Origin: Clostridia bacterium
GTDB taxonomy: Bacteria > Bacillota > Clostridia > TANB77 > UBA1234
DNA: 64,000 nucleotides
Direction of reading: 5' to 3'
NCBI GenBank assembly: GCA_017518295.1
Contig: JAFWVJ010000022.1
Coordinates: forward strand, 19,614-83,613
The translations under genes were made by a program, and so were the position numbers. Below the pieces are notes generated by a model, which made no database searches, was not told the origin of the DNA, and worked only from the letters and a program-made list of their open reading frames with translations. Of the stretch, positions 26,275 through 35,546 are shown in pieces. Within the stretch, counting starts at the first letter, position 1, and each line of letters opens with the position of its first letter.

Positions 26275-27900
26275 ATGAAAAAAATAATTCCAGCAGTTTT
26301 AGTTGTAATAGTTATTGTGGTGGTTGCAATTGTGGTTATGCTTAACAATGCAAATAAAGAAACAATTATTAACACATCAGGAGAAATTATAGAAAAAATT
26401 GAGAACACTTTTGGTGAGGAGAATAAAGAAGAGGAAGTAGAATATAATCCACAGTATGATACTTTGGATGAATATCTAAATGACACAAAATGGCTTTCTA
26501 AACTATATATACCATATTATGCAATGCGAAATGATTTATACTCAACATATGATTGGGATTATGAATATTTAACAAAGCCACAAATAGTGAGCTATGTTAA
26601 AGCAGCAAATGATATTGCTCTTGTTAAAGTACATGTTTTAGAAGAAGAAGTTCGAGATGAATACTATATTGTAGGACTTGAAAATGGAAAAATAAAAATA
26701 GCAAAAATTCCAGAAGATTATGATTGCATTAAACTACCAGAACAGGTAGGTATAAAATTATGTTATGATAAGTCTAATAATGTTTTTAAATATATTTTAG
26801 AAGGTGAAGACTATTACTATGAGGATATTTTTACTTTAGATGGATTTAATGTAAATATTATTAGTCAAGGAAACTCTTTGCCATCAGGAGATTATCATTT
26901 TGAAGATATTGATAGCAATCAATGTGAAATAGAAAATCCTTATCCGCTCAGGTATAGCAAAGAAGGTCGTTACATAGGGGAAAATTTTGAGGGAAAATAT
27001 TTTTGGAAATATGATAATTTAATTAGATATATTAATGAAACAACTAAAGATGATTACACAGATTTTATTAACAAAAACCGTAATAACTTAAAAGATTTTG
27101 CTGCAAGTCATGTAAATTATTCTTATGAACATTATAATGGTGAACGTGCACTGGACGATAGTTTAATTGATGACATTTTGGAACGTGATGGAGATTCTGC
27201 TGGATATATTGAACAAATAACTAACTATGATAGCGCCTTACCAGTAAATTGGAAAGTAGATTTTAAATTTGCAGCTATATTATATAATTTACCATTTTAT
27301 ATGGAGAATTTAATTGTAAATGGTAAAAATTCAAATACATATAAAGGATATAAAGAAACAATTGAAAAATATAAAAATGGAACCTTAGGCAATGATGAAG
27401 AACAAGAGTTTTATAAAAACTTTGATTTAGAAAAATTTATGCAAGATATAGCAAATGACAAAAAATTGAATGATTTAAGAAAAAGAATTAAGACAGATGA
27501 ATATAGTGGATTTACTTTTGAAGAAGAAGCATATTGTACAGCTGTGTATTCGGATTTATTTCAATATATGCCACCAAATCCTTCTGAAAAATACTATAAG
27601 GTTTTTTCGATTACCTTTATGAACGGAAAAAGCGATTCAATAGATGATTATTATGACAATGCTAGAGCGAAGAAAATAAAAATAAAAATAAATGATTGGG
27701 AAAAAGAAATAATTCTTAAAGATACTCCTGAATATCAAAATGTTTGGATAAATTGGGAATCAAAAGGTGATGAATATCAAAAACCAGTTACAGTATCAAT
27801 TGAAGTTTTGGAAAAATATGATGGCGATATAACAGATGATGTGTATTTCTCAGGCATATATATTAATAAAGATCAAAACTTTGTAAGTTTTGCAATTTAA
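26275..27900 (+). CDS. Membrane-anchored secreted protein, paralog family A (longer member)
   Basis: N-terminal and leader DNA nearly identical in layout to 24689; conserved YLND and DGFNVNII blocks. Confidence 0.7.
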   Translation: MKKIIPAVLVVIVIVVVAIVVMLNNANKETIINTSGEIIEKIENTFGEENKEEEVEYNPQYDTLDEYLNDTKWLSKLYIPYYAMRNDLYSTYDWDYEYLTKPQIVSYVKAANDIALVKVHVLEEEVRDEYYIVGLENGKIKIAKIPEDYDCIKLPEQVGIKLCYDKSNNVFKYILEGEDYYYEDIFTLDGFNVNIISQGNSLPSGDYHFEDIDSNQCEIENPYPLRYSKEGRYIGENFEGKYFWKYDNLIRYINETTKDDYTDFINKNRNNLKDFAASHVNYSYEHYNGERALDDSLIDDILERDGDSAGYIEQITNYDSALPVNWKVDFKFAAILYNLPFYMENLIVNGKNSNTYKGYKETIEKYKNGTLGNDEEQEFYKNFDLEKFMQDIANDKKLNDLRKRIKTDEYSGFTFEEEAYCTAVYSDLFQYMPPNPSEKYYKVFSITFMNGKSDSIDDYYDNARAKKIKIKINDWEKEIILKDTPEYQNVWINWESKGDEYQKPVTVSIEVLEKYDGDITDDVYFSGIYINKDQNFVSFAI

Positions 27901-27903
27901 ACT

Positions 27904-27933
27904 TGCCTTTTTGGACCTGTCCCAAAAAACAAG
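27904..27933. repeat. Palindromic element copy 4 (left arm degenerate), overlapping the stop of 26275..27900 and upstream of luxS
   Basis: ttgcctttttggacctgtcccaaaaaacaa. Confidence 0.8.
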
Positions 27934-27963
27934 TTTCAAAAACAAGAAGAAAGGGTTGAAGAA

Positions 27964-28453
27964 TATGAAAAAGATTGAAAGTTTTAAAGTTAATCATGAG
28001 TTGCTAAAAAGAGGTGTGTATGTTTCGCGAAAGGATTACAATTATGAAACAGGTGAAGTGATAGCAACTACTTTTGATATTCGAATGAAGGAACCTAATA
28101 GAGAGCCTGTAATGAATATTGCGGAGGTTCACACTATTGAGCATTTAGGAGCAACCTTTTTGAGAAATCATAAAGATTATAAGAAGGAAACGATTTATTT
28201 TGGACCAATGGGTTGTCGCACGGGCTTTTATGTAATTTTTAAAGGCGATTTGGATTCAAAGGATGTAGTTGGAATTATTAGAGAAATGTTTGAATTTATT
28301 TCAAAATATGAAGGAAAGATTCCAGGAGCAGATCCAAAATCTTGCGGAAATTATTTAGACCAGAATTTGCCAATGGCTAAATTTGAGGCAAAGAAATACT
28401 TGGATGAAGTTTTGAAGAAGATTAAAAAAGAAAACTTAGTTTATCCAAATTAA
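27964..28453 (+). CDS. luxS: S-ribosylhomocysteine lyase LuxS
   Basis: HTIEHL metal-binding motif, PMGCRTG, CGN; ATG 27964. Confidence 0.9.
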
Positions 28454-28454
28454 A

Positions 28455-28484
28455 AATGATTTTTGTACCTGTCCCAAAAAACAC
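28455..28484. repeat. Palindromic element copy 5
   Basis: aatgatttttgtacctgtcccaaaaaacac; between luxS and the Mbeg1-like gene. Confidence 0.85.
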
Positions 28485-28505
28485 GACAAGAATGGTGAGG
28501 TGGCT

Positions 28506-29624
28506 ATGGCAAATATAAATGATTATTTAAATTGGAGAGGCGATCTTCCAATCAACAAAAATTTCCCTTTCAATGAAATTGATGCGTTGATTTTGGCAAG
28601 ATTTTCATATTTGCCTTTTCATAAAATAAAAATGAACTCGAAAGAAACGATTGAAAACATTTCAAAAAGGATGAAAGATTTTTCGAATGATGATTTTATA
28701 TATAATGGCGACAAAGAGCTCATTTCTAATCTTGGAAAAAGCGCGAGATTCAAAGAAATGCTCGTGACGGATTTTGTAAGAAATACGAGCAAAAAACATG
28801 AAGAGCAGTTTTGCGCTATAACAATTCATGTTTCTAATAAAGAAATTTATGTTTCATATATTGGAACCGATTCCACAATAAATGGGTGGAAAGAGGATTT
28901 CAACATGATGTTTTTAGAAAAAATTCCTTGTCAAATCTCAGGTATGAATTATTTGACAAAAATTGGTGAAAAACATCCTTTTTGCAAAATAAGAATTGGC
29001 GGTCATTCAAAAGGTGGAAATATAGCAATTTTTTCTGCGTTGAATGTTGCCAAAAAAATTCAGTCAAAAATAATAAAAGTTTATAATTACGATGGTCCAG
29101 GGTTTAGAAAAGAGATCATCGAGCAGTATGAAAATAGCAGTATTTTGAATAAAGTAGAAACTTATATTCCTCAAGATTCAGTTGTTGGAAGGCTTTTGTA
29201 TCACAAAGAAAAAATAACAATAGTTCATAGCCTAGAAAAAGGCGTTTTGCAGCATGATATTTTTTCTTGGGAAGTTTTGAATGATGATTTTATTTATTCT
29301 GAAAAAATCACAGAGGAAAGCGAAGATATCGACAAGACTATAACGACATGGTTTGAAGAAACATCAAATGAACAAAGAAAAATTGTTGTTGATACGGTAT
29401 TTGATATTTTGTATTCAACAGAAAATGAAAATGTTAAAGATTTAACGCAAAATATTGCGAAAAAAGTGACAAAAGCAATAAAAGCGTATAACTCGATTTC
29501 GAAGGAAGAAAAAGAAACCATAAATAATACGGTTTCGTTGATAGTTAAAAAATATATTAATATAAGAACGGATAGAGAAAAGAAGAAGATTAAAGATTCG
29601 ATAAAAACAATTAGGAAAAGATGA
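28506..29624 (+). CDS. Mbeg1-like / DUF2974 lipase-class-3-like alpha/beta hydrolase
   Basis: GHSKGG nucleophile elbow; family-typical N-terminal region; RBS GGTGAGGTGG. Confidence 0.7.
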   Translation: MANINDYLNWRGDLPINKNFPFNEIDALILARFSYLPFHKIKMNSKETIENISKRMKDFSNDDFIYNGDKELISNLGKSARFKEMLVTDFVRNTSKKHEEQFCAITIHVSNKEIYVSYIGTDSTINGWKEDFNMMFLEKIPCQISGMNYLTKIGEKHPFCKIRIGGHSKGGNIAIFSALNVAKKIQSKIIKVYNYDGPGFRKEIIEQYENSSILNKVETYIPQDSVVGRLLYHKEKITIVHSLEKGVLQHDIFSWEVLNDDFIYSEKITEESEDIDKTITTWFEETSNEQRKIVVDTVFDILYSTENENVKDLTQNIAKKVTKAIKAYNSISKEEKETINNTVSLIVKKYINIRTDREKKKIKDSIKTIRKR

Positions 29625-29649
29625 TTTTTGGGACAGGTACGAAAAACAT
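29621..29649. repeat. Palindromic element copy 6a (opposite orientation), overlapping the TGA stop of 28506..29624
   Basis: atgatttttgggacaggtacgaaaaacat. Confidence 0.85.
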
Positions 29650-29653
29650 GTAA

Positions 29654-29684
29654 AAATGTTTTTCGGACCTGTCTCAAAAATCAT
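29654..29684. repeat. Palindromic element copy 6b, overlapping the stop of the LysR gene; full-length 31-bp palindrome
   Basis: aatgtttttcggacctgtctcaaaaatcatt. Confidence 0.85.
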
Positions 29685-30565
29685 TTAATAGTTTTAATAA
29701 TTTCTTTAATAAATTTATTATTCTCGTTATTTTTATTTGTAGCTAAATAAATTGTTCTTGTAGGGAAGGCTATGTCGCTTTTAATTTCGACTAGCTTTCC
29801 TTTTTTAATTAAGTCACTAATATAAGGCTTGTTAAATAAAGCAAAACCATAGCCTTGCACAATTAAATCTAGCGCCATTTCAAAAGAATCTATGTCTAAA
29901 AATGGCGTGATATATAGATTGTTTTCAGATAAGAAGTCATCCAAGAGAATTCTAGTAGCAGACTTTTTGCCTGTGGCAATAAAAGGATATTTTGAAATAT
30001 TATCCTTTGTGATTTTTTTGATATTAAATTTTTCAACAAATTCTTTAGAAGCAACAAATACTCTTTCGACTTTTTCCCACTCAATATATGAAATATTTTC
30101 TCTAAATAGATCATTTCTATTGATAAACCCAATATCTACAGAGTTATTAATAATAGAATCAAGAATTTGTTCATTAGACAAAATTTCAAGTTTAATATTT
30201 AAGCCAGGATTTTTTTTAATAATCTTTGGTATGGCAGGAGCTAAGATTATCCTTGCACTTCCGAAGCTGCTTGCAAAATTAAGATTCTTTGGAGATGTAC
30301 TGAATTTTGATAAAGCTTCCGGCACATTCTCTAATGATAAAATAGAATTTTCAATTATCTTAAAGATTTCTTCGCCTTCTTTAGTAAATTCAACACCATA
30401 TTTAGTTCTATAGAATAAAGTGCAATTTAATTCACGTTCTAATTTTTTTAATTGATGGGTGATGGCAGGCTGTGAAATAAAAAGATTGCTAGATGCCTTG
30501 GTGATATTTTTAGTTTTTCCAACTTCGTAAAAAATTTTATATAAATCAAGATTAATATTGTTCAT
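29681..30565 (-). CDS. LysR-family transcriptional regulator
   Basis: N-terminal HTH (ITKASSNLFISQPAITHQLKKLE); start at ATG 30565 with AAGGAG RBS rather than ORF-track 30652. Confidence 0.9.
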   Translation of the reverse strand: MNNINLDLYKIFYEVGKTKNITKASSNLFISQPAITHQLKKLERELNCTLFYRTKYGVEFTKEGEEIFKIIENSILSLENVPEALSKFSTSPKNLNFASSFGSARIILAPAIPKIIKKNPGLNIKLEILSNEQILDSIINNSVDIGFINRNDLFRENISYIEWEKVERVFVASKEFVEKFNIKKITKDNISKYPFIATGKKSATRILLDDFLSENNLYITPFLDIDSFEMALDLIVQGYGFALFNKPYISDLIKKGKLVEIKSDIAFPTRTIYLATNKNNENNKFIKEIIKTIK

Positions 30566-30716
30566 ATGGACTCCTTTTAAATATAAATATTTTAAATAAC
30601 TGATATAAAAACTATGTATTTTATTTATATCACAAAACGCACTATAATTCAATTGTAAAGTAAAAAATTATAGTAGTTTTTCGAATGTCTTAAGAAAACA
30701 AAAGGAGGAAGCATCT

Positions 30717-31748
30717 ATGTATACGCCTATTGCCTTAGATAACAAAATATCTACTAAGATCTATACTCATGGTGCAGATGTGGATGGAGTAAGTTGTGCA
30801 ATCCTTGCAAAGTTATGCTTTCCCAATGTGGATTATGATTTACTTGCCAATCCTGAGGAGTTAAATAAAAAACTTGTGGAGGATATTTATAGTCATAAAC
30901 TAGATAAATATGCGTCTATATTTATTACTGATTTGCCAATTTTTAAAAAGAGCTTAGAAGCAATTAGTGCAAATCCTACTTTGAGTAAAAAGATAGTAAT
31001 ATTTGATCATCATTTAAAGTCAATTGATGAGGGCGCAGAAAATTACGATTTTTGTAATGTTGAAGTCAAATTAAACGAAAGATATACATGTGCAACTGAG
31101 CTATTTTATAAATGGCTATATATGAAAAGATTTATTACCGAAATAGATTTGGTATATGACTATGTAGAACATGTACGTGAAAATGATACATGGGAATGGA
31201 AAAATCATTCTGCATTTGGAGTGTTTTCTCATAGGCTTTCGTATTTGCTAGATGAACTTGGCGCAGATGAATATATAAAAGTATTCTATAATAAGTTTTT
31301 ATTTGATGTGTTTCTAGGGTTTTCTAAAGAAGAAGAGAGGATTATTAATCAACATGAGGAAAAGATATTAGCTGAGCTCAGAAAGAGTAGTAACACTATT
31401 GAATACTTTGTGGATAAAGAAGGCAATAAAGTTGCAGCAATGTTTGCACCCTATTTTATAAGAAATGAGATTTCAGATTATTTAAGAAATATTCAAAAAA
31501 ATATTTCTTATGTAATAATAGTCTCCAAAGATGTAGGCAAATATGGACAAAAATCATATAGAAAGGTGGATGGCGAATGTGATTTAAACAAGATTGCTTC
31601 TATGATGAATGGAGGAGGCCACAAAAATTCTGCCAGGGTCTTGATAAGTCAAAGTCAACGACAAAAAATGGATTCTTTTGAAAGTCAAAAACAAGCACTT
31701 CAATATATAATAAATCAAAAATATATTGAAGAAACCGATCAACTATAA
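30717..31748 (+). CDS. DHH-family phosphoesterase (NrnA-like)
   Basis: DHH motif (IFDHH) and DHHA1 GGGH motif. Confidence 0.75.
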   Translation: MYTPIALDNKISTKIYTHGADVDGVSCAILAKLCFPNVDYDLLANPEELNKKLVEDIYSHKLDKYASIFITDLPIFKKSLEAISANPTLSKKIVIFDHHLKSIDEGAENYDFCNVEVKLNERYTCATELFYKWLYMKRFITEIDLVYDYVEHVRENDTWEWKNHSAFGVFSHRLSYLLDELGADEYIKVFYNKFLFDVFLGFSKEEERIINQHEEKILAELRKSSNTIEYFVDKEGNKVAAMFAPYFIRNEISDYLRNIQKNISYVIIVSKDVGKYGQKSYRKVDGECDLNKIASMMNGGGHKNSARVLISQSQRQKMDSFESQKQALQYIINQKYIEETDQL

Positions 31749-31765
31749 TTAGAGGAGGAATAACA

Positions 31766-31954
31766 ATGAGTTATGGTCTTGATAATCAGTATCATTTCAA
31801 TGGGTGCGGAGATTTCACTCGTGATGATGATTTTGAAAACGCAAAAAACAATGGCGATCTGGTACCGTGTGGAAATCACTGGAGAGATCCGATCACGGGC
31901 AAAGAATACTATAGTAATGGTGATTATGTGCCTGGAACTGGATACGATTGTTAA
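31766..31954 (+). CDS. Small Gly/Asp/Tyr-rich protein (62 aa)
   Basis: Strong RBS GAGGAGG; followed by a strong intrinsic terminator. Confidence 0.5.
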   Translation: MSYGLDNQYHFNGCGDFTRDDDFENAKNNGDLVPCGNHWRDPITGKEYYSNGDYVPGTGYDC

Positions 31955-31984
31955 TCGTGGAATGCACAATATTTTTGTTCTACT

Positions 31985-32021
31985 AACCTTGAGGTCGCAA
32001 ATTGCGACCTCAAGTTTTTTT
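31985..32021 (+). terminator. Intrinsic terminator
   Basis: cttgaggtcgcaaattgcgacctcaag plus T7. Confidence 0.85.
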
Positions 32022-32133
32022 CCAATAATTTCATGTGTGTCCCCAAGTCAAATTTTTGATTTTATCTCCGTCCCGAAATCATAATATAGACAAAAGAGGC
32101 GATATTGGGTATAGTAAAAGAGGAGGAGAAGAT

Positions 32134-33102
32134 ATGATTTTTTGGTTTATCCTATGCTTTTTGCTAGGTGGAGCAGCGGCTGGAATTGAATATTATTTAA
32201 AAATCAAAAGAGATAAAGACCAGTATTATTCATCTACTTATTACCGCTTTACGCAAAAGGATTATAAAGCTGTAATGAATGATACAGGCGCTTTAGGTGA
32301 ATATGATACATATAAAAGTCTTAAAAAGCACGAAGATATAGGTGGAAGGTTTTTATACAATGTGTATTTGCCTAAAGAGGATGGAACGACGACAGAAATA
32401 GATATGCTACTTATCACGCCAAAAGGAATCTTTGTCTTCGAAAGCAAGAATTTTAGTGGAATAATTTTTGGAGAATATGATCAAAAGAATTGGACACAGT
32501 ATTTGAATCGTCACACAAAAGAGCATTTTTATAATCCAATAAAACAAAATGAAACTCATATAAAATATTTAAAAGAACAACTGAAAATGATTTTTGGACC
32601 TGTCCCAAAAAACATAGCGATATATTCGATGGTGGTGTTTTCGAAAAGATGCAAGCTAGGGAAGGTGCCAGAATTCACGGCTGATACATTTGTAATTAAA
32701 AGAGAAAATGTGGAGCGAGTAGTAGATAATATAATAATGAGCAAAGCATCAAATGATATTACTTATAAAGAGGTAGATGAAATACAAAAAGCATTATTTG
32801 CTTATACACAAAAAACTAAGCAAGAAAAAGAGAAGCATGTAGAGGATATAAGAAGTAAAAGTGCCATTAATTATGAAAGAACATCTAAAGATGATGCACT
32901 AAAGAATAGGCTAAAAGGATTTCGCACAGAAACGGCAAGAAAATATCGAAAGCCACCATATTATATATTTAATGATGAAGAACTAGAAAAACTGATTGCT
33001 ATAAAACCAAAAACACAAGCTGAAGTATATAATATATTGCCAAAAGTAAAAGCAAATTATTATAGTAAAGAAATAGTGAAGATAATAAATGAAGAGAAGT
33101 AG
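32134..33102 (+). CDS. NERD-domain protein with C-terminal HRDC-like domain; contains an in-frame copy of the palindromic element
   Basis: RBS AGAGGAGGAG before ATG 32134; NERD core (EIDMLLITPKGIFVFESKNFSG); C-terminus like RecQ HRDC. Confidence 0.75.
   Translation: MIFWFILCFLLGGAAAGIEYYLKIKRDKDQYYSSTYYRFTQKDYKAVMNDTGALGEYDTYKSLKKHEDIGGRFLYNVYLPKEDGTTTEIDMLLITPKGIFVFESKNFSGIIFGEYDQKNWTQYLNRHTKEHFYNPIKQNETHIKYLKEQLKMIFGPVPKNIAIYSMVVFSKRCKLGKVPEFTADTFVIKRENVERVVDNIIMSKASNDITYKEVDEIQKALFAYTQKTKQEKEKHVEDIRSKSAINYERTSKDDALKNRLKGFRTETARKYRKPPYYIFNDEELEKLIAIKPKTQAEVYNILPKVKANYYSKEIVKIINEEK
32586..32615. repeat. Palindromic element copy 7, in-frame inside the NERD gene (encodes MIFGPVPKN)
   Basis: aatgatttttggacctgtcccaaaaaacat. 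Confidence 0.85.
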
Positions 33103-33133
33103 AAATGTTTTTTGGGTGTGCCCAAAAAACAAG
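33102..33133. repeat. Palindromic element copy 8 (degenerate core gggtgtgccc), directly after the NERD stop codon and before a terminator
   Basis: aaatgttttttgggtgtgcccaaaaaacaag. Confidence 0.7.
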
Positions 33134-33135
33134 TT

Positions 33136-33166
33136 AAAAAGAGGCAACTTATGTTGCCTCTTTTTT
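33136..33166 (+). terminator. Intrinsic terminator after NERD gene and element copy 8
   Basis: agaggcaacttatgttgcctct plus TTTTTT. Confidence 0.8.
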
Positions 33167-33253
33167 GATTATTAAATTATTATTACAGTTTTTTACTTCA
33201 CATATTCAATATACACATTTTTTATGAGCACAAAAATCAATAAAAAAATATAG

Positions 33254-33279
33254 GAGTTTACATACGAATTTAACATATA
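33254..33279 (+). repeat. 26-bp direct repeat, copy 2
   Basis: Exact match to 25889-25914. Confidence 0.7.
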
Positions 33280-33677
33280 GTCTTTACGATTGAAATTTTA
33301 ATTTAAGGTTTTGTTCGCTTTAAAATTCCTTCTCATAGATGATAACATTTTAAGTGAATTAAAAAATAGCTATAAAAAATCATTTTAAAAAAGAGGAGGA
33401 GATAATTATGAATAAAGAATTAGTTTTAGATTGGTTGTTAGCAAAAGAACTTATGGAACAAGAAAATGAATGTGTTGAAATTGATAGTTGCCTAAAAAAC
33501 TAAAACCATTACTTATAGATGAAGATAAATTTTATTTTGAAGCAAGTACACTATATCAAAAACGTGTTATAGAAAAATGATATAAAAAATTAATGGAACT
33601 CGCTTTGTTGAAAGTGACAGGAAATTTGTATGATGTGAAGATTGAGGTTCTTGGAAGCCGTTGTTGTGCGGAATAAA

Positions 33678-33708
33678 AAATGTTTTTTGGACCTGTCCCA
33701 AAAAACAT
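33678..33708. repeat. Palindromic element copy 9, upstream of the WG-repeat gene
   Basis: aaatgttttttggacctgtcccaaaaaacat. Confidence 0.85.
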
Positions 33709-33717
33709 AAAAAAGGG

Positions 33718-35493
33718 ATGAGCTTTATGGAGATATTTGAAATTGGCGAAGGCTATTGTGATGTTAAGCCTTTTAATACCAAACCAGATATAAATAGTAT
33801 GAAAAGTGGATTATGGGGAATAATGGATCAAAAAACAGGTAAAATAATAGTTGAGCCACAATTTATTTATGAGCCAGTTTATTTGTTTGATAACAAGATG
33901 CTTGCATGTAAAAGAAATAACAAATATGGAATTATTTCATTTGATGGAAAAGAACATCTGCCATTTGAATATGACAGCATAGAAAAAATTACTGATAACA
34001 ACAAAAATTATTTAATATGCAAAAATGAAAAAAACGGTGTTTTAAATGAAAAGCTAGAGATAACGGTTCCGTTTATTTATGATAACATTGAAAAAGCCGC
34101 CAATAGTAGTTTAGACAAAAGCAAAACCACTTTATTAGTATTAAAACAAGAAAACAGATTTGAGCTAAGAACCACTAATAATGAATTACTAGTTCCAAAT
34201 GGAATGTATGATAAATTTAGCAATGATATAACAGATGAAGAAATACTTGTGTATAAACATGATAGAAAAACAAATACAAATCTGATTGGTGTAAACAATT
34301 ACATAACACAAAAAGAGACAATAAAGCCTAAATATAAAGAATTAGAACTGTTAGATACACATTACTATTTAGTTTATAACAATGATGTTGAAGCATTTGA
34401 TATTATAAATGATAAAGAAGAATTCATTGATACTGAAAACTATTATTTTATTTATGTTGAAAAGAATGAATCAAATGATACTCATCCGGAGTACAAGTAT
34501 CGCGGCTTGAATATGGGCGATGATTTTTGCTATGTTTATTTTAATATCCTAGATGATAATACAATTGAAGGTATCGAAGAAGAAATTAATATTAGTGCGG
34601 ATGATTATAATTATGAATATAATGCACTTAAAACTATCGATGAGAAAATTAATGAAATTATAGAAGATAACAATAAAATTGATTATGATTATGCATATCT
34701 TTTTAAGAACAAACCCAAAGAAAACTATGTTAACGAGATGAATCATTTATTAAATGTGGATATTAGTTATTGTTTGGAAGAGGCAGGATTATCTGACAAG
34801 GTTATAAAGCAAATTACTTCTCTATTTTATAATGAAAAGAACAAAATAAGATTTATTGAATATCTAATTGGCGAGCATCCAACAGATGAAGAAGAAATAT
34901 TGAGACAAGCATATACTGCTTGTAGAATGCCTATAAAAGTACAAATTCCTAGTAGAGATAATAAGTTCAATTTAACATATACTGAAGAATACGAATTAAA
35001 TTGTATTTACGAAGATGAAATAAATACTATAGATCAACTCTTTAAAGATAGTGATTGTTATTTTTATGAAGATATTGAAAAAATAGTATCAATTCTTACC
35101 AGGATGATAAATAATGCTAAATATGTTGAAAGAAAAAAAGAGTTAGTCATAATAAAGAATAAATTAATGCCAAATATAGAAGCAGGAAAAGGAAAGAGTA
35201 TTTATATACACTTATCCAATAGAGTAGTTAAAAAGTATGATTTAACAGCCTATAATTTAAATAGAATAGTAGGGCAGAAGTGCAAATTGGCACTGAACGA
35301 TGGCAAAATTGTAGTTGGATATGCAGGATATGATTTTATAGATGATGAAGCAGAAGATTGTGTATGTGTATATGAAGCATATAAGAGAGAAAAAGGATTT
35401 TATTTAATGAAAAGATATAAGATTAATGATATAGGTAAAATTGATGCTAAATTGGATTTCGAAGGAGAAATTGATTTTATATTTGATGTGTGA
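33718..35493 (+). CDS. WG-repeat (KWG-like beta-repeat) protein
   Basis: Repeated ...GLWGIMDQKTGKIIV... and ...KYGIISFDGKEHLPFEYD... units; start at 33718 or 33727, downstream of element copy 9. Confidence 0.6.
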   Translation: MSFMEIFEIGEGYCDVKPFNTKPDINSMKSGLWGIMDQKTGKIIVEPQFIYEPVYLFDNKMLACKRNNKYGIISFDGKEHLPFEYDSIEKITDNNKNYLICKNEKNGVLNEKLEITVPFIYDNIEKAANSSLDKSKTTLLVLKQENRFELRTTNNELLVPNGMYDKFSNDITDEEILVYKHDRKTNTNLIGVNNYITQKETIKPKYKELELLDTHYYLVYNNDVEAFDIINDKEEFIDTENYYFIYVEKNESNDTHPEYKYRGLNMGDDFCYVYFNILDDNTIEGIEEEINISADDYNYEYNALKTIDEKINEIIEDNNKIDYDYAYLFKNKPKENYVNEMNHLLNVDISYCLEEAGLSDKVIKQITSLFYNEKNKIRFIEYLIGEHPTDEEEILRQAYTACRMPIKVQIPSRDNKFNLTYTEEYELNCIYEDEINTIDQLFKDSDCYFYEDIEKIVSILTRMINNAKYVERKKELVIIKNKLMPNIEAGKGKSIYIHLSNRVVKKYDLTAYNLNRIVGQKCKLALNDGKIVVGYAGYDFIDDEAEDCVCVYEAYKREKGFYLMKRYKINDIGKIDAKLDFEGEIDFIFDV

Positions 35494-35546
35494 TAGAGTG
35501 AAGCTAGATATGAGTTTATATTTTAAAATAAAAAGGGGGAACTAAA

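Noticed and set aside
29892-30413. Forward-strand ORFs inside the LysR gene
   Set aside because: Antisense to a well-supported LysR regulator; no RBS and no features
33408-33675. Short ORFs between the 26-bp repeat and element copy 9 (31-aa MNKELVLDWLL... with strong RBS, then shifted-frame continuation, then 28-aa MELALLKVTG...)
   Set aside because: They look like frameshifted debris of a decayed small gene. No family was recognised and the pieces are too short to call
24633-33720. Idea that the element encodes a conserved leader peptide (M-F/I-F-G-P-V-P-K-N) translationally coupled to downstream genes
   Set aside because: The frame relationship to the downstream start differs at every locus (in frame, TGA-overlap, out of frame). 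Several copies lack the ATG or are in reverse orientation. The peptide similarity is a by-product of DNA conservation
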